Positions 16,296 through 20,000 of a DNA stretch of 20,000 bases are shown in pieces. Under the pieces are notes generated by a model, which was not told where the DNA came from, searched no databases, and worked only from the letters and a program-made list of their open reading frames with translations. The translations under genes and the position numbers were made by a program. This DNA comes from an uncultured virus (IMG/VR IMGVR_UViG_3300044858_002734) (lineage: Duplodnaviria > Heunggongvirae > Uroviricota > Caudoviricetes): the IMG/VR virus record IMGVR_UViG_3300044858_002734, one strand, 5' to 3'. Numbering within the stretch: position 1 is the first letter of the stretch; each line of letters starts with the position of its first letter.

Positions 16296-17144
16296 TTAGA
16301 ACTGCGCCAACACGGACTCGGCGGCACTCACACTTTGATTAACAGTCTGCGCGATAGAAGGGGAATCCTTCATATCGGATGATTTAAACTTCTGAATACT
16401 GCTGATAATAGCTGTCACGCTATCGGCGGCAGCATCAAACCCTTCCATGCTGAGATTCATCTTCTTAACGCGCTGCAGTTCTGCCTTAATGTGTTCCCAC
16501 CGTTCAGACCGCATAACCTTCTTATCACCAGTATTAACTGCATCAATGATACCTTTCGTTTCTGCAAGCATATCCTTCACAGTAGCAAGGGCAGCATCAA
16601 TGGAATCCTTGTATTCCTTCTCAAGCTGCCGTTGAATCTCACTGCGGTCTGCCTGATTCATACTGATAGGGGGCATACCCAGACTGATAACATTCACAAT
16701 AGGCTTAAACGCAGCCCGAATGTCAGCATCAGGCGGGATAAGGCCATCTGTATACTTATCGCCCAGATTAGACTTAGCCCAACTCTCAATATTGACACGG
16801 TGCTGGATAATCTCATCAACTACCAGCATCACACCTTCAATCTCCTTATCAGTCTTGCCCTTAACGTCCTGATATTCAGACGCCTTAATCAGATGCCCAC
16901 CATTAAAGGGGATACCAACCTCCTTGAGCGCAGCCCCAACTTTAATACCGGAGTTCTGCAAACGCTTACGGTACTCAGGCGGCAGCAGTTTCATACTGGC
17001 ATTAGCAAATCCTTCCTCCTGCCCGTTGTACTTTTCAGCAAGCAGGGCGGAGCTAGACTTGTCAGCCTTACTGCCACCCCACTTCTTGAGTTTGACGTTC
17101 ATCACAATGCAGTCCTCGGCCAGCTTGCTCATCAGATCGCTCAT
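16296..17144 (-). CDS. DUF3150-like protein (282 aa)
   Basis: N-terminal VKLKKWGGSKAD, KLLPP, GIPFNGGHLI pattern then helical C-terminus; context beside AAA+VWA; family call from memory. Confidence 0.5.
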   Translation of the reverse strand: MSDLMSKLAEDCIVMNVKLKKWGGSKADKSSSALLAEKYNGQEEGFANASMKLLPPEYRKRLQNSGIKVGAALKEVGIPFNGGHLIKASEYQDVKGKTDKEIEGVMLVVDEIIQHRVNIESWAKSNLGDKYTDGLIPPDADIRAAFKPIVNVISLGMPPISMNQADRSEIQRQLEKEYKDSIDAALATVKDMLAETKGIIDAVNTGDKKVMRSERWEHIKAELQRVKKMNLSMEGFDAAADSVTAIISSIQKFKSSDMKDSPSIAQTVNQSVSAAESVLAQF

Positions 17145-17157
17145 AGCATCCTCCCGT

Positions 17158-17334
17158 TTAATTAACCACTGTTTCGACTGTTTTACGTTCTATCACTCGA
17201 TAGACTGTACCATCCCCATTAGCTTTATTTAGCAGATCACGCTCTCTCACCGCTTCAGGTTTACACTTGCCCTTCCATGCTGTATCTTTCCACTTTCTGT
17301 TCCACTTATACTGCAAAACATACTCAATCAGCAT
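17158..17334 (-). CDS. Small protein (58 aa, MLIEYVLQYK...), paralog family C, not in ORF track
   Basis: AAGGA RBS; aligns with 17336-17515. Confidence 0.7.
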   Translation of the reverse strand: MLIEYVLQYKWNRKWKDTAWKGKCKPEAVRERDLLNKANGDGTVYRVIERKTVETVVN

Positions 17335-17335
17335 A

Positions 17336-17515
17336 CTATTCCTTTCTGGTTAGCACTTCATCAGTATAGGTTCGCTTTACGATTCTGTACTCGGTATCAG
17401 TATGCGCCACCCAATGCAGCATCTCTATAGCTGGTTCAGGGGTTTCATACCGCTGTGTATGACAATCAATCCAGTCACCACTACTTTTGTACTGTATGAT
17501 GTATTCAGTCTGCAT
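17336..17515 (-). CDS. Small protein (59 aa, MQTEYIIQYK...), paralog family C
   Basis: Start reassigned to ATG 17515 (AGGTG RBS) by alignment with neighbour. Confidence 0.7.
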   Translation of the reverse strand: MQTEYIIQYKSSGDWIDCHTQRYETPEPAIEMLHWVAHTDTEYRIVKRTYTDEVLTRKE

Positions 17516-18422
17516 AGAACACCTGTCCTTTCTGAATGTTAGCCTCAAGTGCAGTAAGAAACGAATCAGACTTCTTAATCTTAACACCCGTACTGTTATC
17601 GTACACCCACCGACCAGATTTAGTCAGTTGGTAATGCCTAATTGTAGCTCCTTCATAGTTACTGACACGCAGAATAGTACAGTTAAGCGGATAACTTATA
17701 GCAGTAACCTTTCGCTTACTTGCATACAATTCCATGTTTACAGCGTGTTGTTTAAGCACTTCTGCAGTACGGATAGCTCGTTTTGCTTCTGCCTCACGCG
17801 CATCTGCATCACGTATGGCTTGCTGTTCTGCCATAAGCGCATCATACTGTTCCTGTGTCTTGATAGGGCCAAGTTCTGCAAGGAAAGGCCAGATGTTTTC
17901 CTTCCGAATAGCGGATAGGTATAACCCTGCAAAGTACCCACCGTACATGCAGCATCCCGCAGTGATTTCACCGTAAATCAGGGGTTCCAATTTACGCAGT
18001 TTAGCGATAGCAGCAAGTGCGTCAGCCTTTTCAGTAAAGGTTTTAAGGATGAAAAACTCTGTAGACGATTGCTGTACAAAGAACTCCTTGCTTTCACGCA
18101 GTACTTTACCGATCAGTTGCTTCTTTTCTGCATCAATAGCGGAATACCTGACGCCCAGTGTCCCGTTTTTATTTTCAATCAGGGACTTATAACCACCCGG
18201 TCTACTGTGCGGATTGAAGTCAGGCACTACTCCGTGAATAGTAATCTGTGTTTTGTACCTGAAAACCGGAGTGTTGATAGTCTCAAGCTGTTCAAGACTA
18301 ACACCCTTCTCCAGTTCCTCGGCAGTTATGTTCACTGTAACTGCCGACATATTCAATACCCTGCGAGCATGATCGTCATACTCACCGCAGGAAATTGACT
18401 CGAAGATTTCCTTAGTTTTCAT
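17505..18422 (-). CDS. Hypothetical phage protein (305 aa)
   Basis: Long ORF, GAGGTG RBS; no motif recognised. Confidence 0.8.
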   Translation of the reverse strand: MKTKEIFESISCGEYDDHARRVLNMSAVTVNITAEELEKGVSLEQLETINTPVFRYKTQITIHGVVPDFNPHSRPGGYKSLIENKNGTLGVRYSAIDAEKKQLIGKVLRESKEFFVQQSSTEFFILKTFTEKADALAAIAKLRKLEPLIYGEITAGCCMYGGYFAGLYLSAIRKENIWPFLAELGPIKTQEQYDALMAEQQAIRDADAREAEAKRAIRTAEVLKQHAVNMELYASKRKVTAISYPLNCTILRVSNYEGATIRHYQLTKSGRWVYDNSTGVKIKKSDSFLTALEANIQKGQVFYAD

Positions 18423-18428
18423 AGCACC

Positions 18429-18633
18429 TCAATGTGTACGCAGATTCGGCTCAAATACTGTCCATCCTACATTAGCGGAAGGGCGCGTAGTAAATCTGTC
18501 AAAGCCTAAACAGCCCCTTAACAGTATAGCTGTTATCTCTAACATTACCGCTGACAACCTCGCAGGCTTCTCCTCGTTGAAGTCTGCGTTTCAACTCGCC
18601 CCTTGTTTTAGGGCGTGCTATAAGAGGATTCAT
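18429..18633 (-). pseudogene. Possible frameshifted small gene (MNPLIARPKTRGEL...EITAILLRG...WTVFEP), or two overlapping tiny ORFs
   Basis: Gap is 205 nt = 68 codons + 1; removing one base near 18541 gives a continuous ORF ending at next RBS. Confidence 0.4.
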
Positions 18634-18776
18634 ACAGCCCTCCATATCTCATCCTTAATCACAGTATAGAGGTTATACAGAATATACGGCACAATCCAGA
18701 GAGGGATTGTCAGCATTACGAATATGGCAGCCACCTCTATGTTCCCCGATACCCAGTATCGCAGTTCCTTATTCAT
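18630..18776 (-). CDS. Small membrane protein (48 aa, MNKELRYW...), not in ORF track
   Basis: Hydrophobic VAAIFVMLTIPLWIVPYILYNLY; GGAG RBS. Confidence 0.6.
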   Translation of the reverse strand: MNKELRYWVSGNIEVAAIFVMLTIPLWIVPYILYNLYTVIKDEIWRAV

Positions 18777-18963
18777 TTACACTCTCCCATTGCCCAAGTT
18801 TAGACACTGTACCCTGTCGGGTAATCAATGCTTTGTAATAGCCACACCATCTAGCAGTATCAAGCAGACCATCTTCCTGCATAGCTGCTTCTGCTAGGGT
18901 GTCTGGTATTGGTAGTGCGGACTCAACTACCTGCCCCGTATACCTGTTCTTCACACGTGCCAT
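18769..18963 (-). CDS. Hypothetical protein (64 aa)
   Basis: GAGG RBS. Confidence 0.65.
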   Translation of the reverse strand: MARVKNRYTGQVVESALPIPDTLAEAAMQEDGLLDTARWCGYYKALITRQGTVSKLGQWESVNE

Positions 18964-19154
18964 TCTGTAACCTCATACACAGTAAACCACTCACCAGCTA
19001 CAATGTACCCAACATGCTGCCTAGTACCATCAGGGCGATCACGCCAGATTTTCTCAGTATGATTCCTGTACATACGTTGCAGGATGTCCCTGCGTGGATA
19101 CCGTAAGTTATGCAATACAGTTCCCCTGTTACCGATTGCCATATACCATTTCAT
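18951..19154 (-). CDS. Hypothetical phage protein (67 aa)
   Basis: AGGAGG RBS; PR...DG..HVGYIVAGEW pattern familiar from phage hypotheticals. Confidence 0.75.
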   Translation of the reverse strand: MKWYMAIGNRGTVLHNLRYPRRDILQRMYRNHTEKIWRDRPDGTRQHVGYIVAGEWFTVYEVTEWHV

Positions 19155-19381
19155 GATTTAACCTCCTGATAATTGCCATACCGTATACACTTCTCACCAT
19201 GAAAAAGAAAACAGGGCAATTTCAGACATAGATGCGCCCGCTTTTCCGCGCAGCAACCCGTACAAGCTGTGCGTATGCCGTCTGCCCTTACTCCCCTATG
19301 GGTCACTGCCTGAAACGCTAACCTTGGGCCGTTTCTGCCGCAGCAAACGGCATTGCCATCATCGCTGACCTTGATCGTCAT
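19151..19381 (-). CDS. Small Cys-rich protein (76 aa)
   Basis: CTGC...C...PC; ATGA coupling. Confidence 0.65.
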   Translation of the reverse strand: MTIKVSDDGNAVCCGRNGPRLAFQAVTHRGVRADGIRTACTGCCAEKRAHLCLKLPCFLFHGEKCIRYGNYQEVKS

Positions 19382-19596
19382 GGTTTCCTCACAATCTCTA
19401 GCACCGTTTTGTGGCTCGGAGCCTCAGCATACGTTTTGTTTGCCACATGCAGTAACTTGTAGTTAGGACTTCTGTTGTACCTACTGCCCACCACCAGTTC
19501 AGTACCTGTCCAGAAGATAGCACTATCACCGATTATAGTCCCATTACCTGCATACGCATTGTACACAGCCTGCTTCCACTGATATTCACTAAACAT
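19378..19596 (-). CDS. Hypothetical protein (72 aa)
   Basis: AGGAG RBS. Confidence 0.7.
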   Translation of the reverse strand: MFSEYQWKQAVYNAYAGNGTIIGDSAIFWTGTELVVGSRYNRSPNYKLLHVANKTYAEAPSHKTVLEIVRKP

Positions 19597-19603
19597 ACTG
19601 CTC

Positions 19604-20000
19604 CTACTTAGCTAGTTTTTCATGCAGACTCTTGATCTTCTTCAGTGTCCATCCCGGAATATGGGAAAACCGATTATAGTCAAATGCATCCTTGCTTTGC
19701 AGCAACTGACCAAGTTCAAAATAAGCAGGGTATTTCGCAATAAACTCATCATAGGTGAGCTTAGTCTGCACATCGAACACAATGACTTTAGGCTTCTTCT
19801 GGCAGAATAATCCTGCCGACCTATCGGTTGCGTTACTGTGCCCGGTATTCCTGTGCCCGGTATTACTGTCCCCTGGTATTACTGTCCCCGGTATTCCTGT
19901 CCCCGGTATTACAGTCCCCGGTATTCCTGTCCCCGGTATTACAGTGCCCGGTATTCCTGTGCCCGGTATTACTGTCCCCGGTATTACTGCCCCCGGTATT
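19604..20000 (-). pseudogene. NTGxx pentapeptide-repeat phage protein, 5' end outside window, interrupted by a 1-nt insertion at about 19874
   Basis: Minus strand reads NTGGS-NTGDS-NTGHR-NTGHC... then TAA at 19863-19865; shifted frame continues NTGHRNTGHSNATDRSAGLFCQKKPKVIVFD...LAK* to TAG 19604. Confidence 0.75.
19835..20000. repeat. 15-bp tandem repeat, at least 11 units (consensus MCWGTSCCCGGTATT), reaches window edge
   Basis: Units start at 19835, 19850, 19865 (16 bp), 19881, 19896, 19911, 19926, 19941, 19956, 19971, 19986. Confidence 0.97.

Larger units (their letters stand above)
1..20000. mobile_element. Bacteriophage (or prophage) genome segment, early/replication gene region
   Basis: Dense, almost gapless co-oriented small hypothetical ORFs with ATGA/TAATG overlaps; primase, SNF2 helicase, ATP-dependent ligase, NUMOD3 ORF and a lone tRNA; no cellular housekeeping operons. 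Confidence 0.9.

Noticed and set aside
1638..19810. Plus-strand ORFs in the track (e.g. 5241-5657, 13264-13671, 16491-17165) and nested minus-strand alternates
   Set aside because: Shadows of well-supported minus-strand genes; no motifs recognised
19835..20000. CRISPR array or iteron/terminal repeat
   Set aside because: No unique spacers; 15-bp units abut and vary by codon position, running into a C-terminal coding frame
909..20000. Stop-codon reassignment
   Set aside because: TAA, TAG and TGA all end genes directly before the next RBS/start, and long genes are intact under code 11

Overview
The window looks like part of a dsDNA tailed-phage genome (early/replication module). About 50 tightly packed, often translationally coupled genes run on the minus strand from beyond 20000 down to 909. 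They converge on a plus-strand NUMOD3-repeat (homing-endonuclease-type) ORF, with a palindrome-rich non-coding gap at 521-908. Recognisable by motif: DnaG-like primase, SNF2-family helicase, minimal ATP-dependent DNA ligase, ECF-sigma-like protein, signal-peptide lysozyme/transglycosylase-like protein, a SAM-methyltransferase-like protein, and a DUF3150-like + MoxR AAA+ ATPase + HExxH-metallopeptidase/VWA trio. Not in the ORF track: a tRNA gene with the rare Ile UAU anticodon and several stem mismatches, an NTGxx pentapeptide-repeat gene broken by a 1-nt insertion, several small ORFs under 60 aa, and at least three families of small paralogous genes, one interleaved with the AAA/VWA module. 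All protein calls come from motifs read by eye; no database searches were run.
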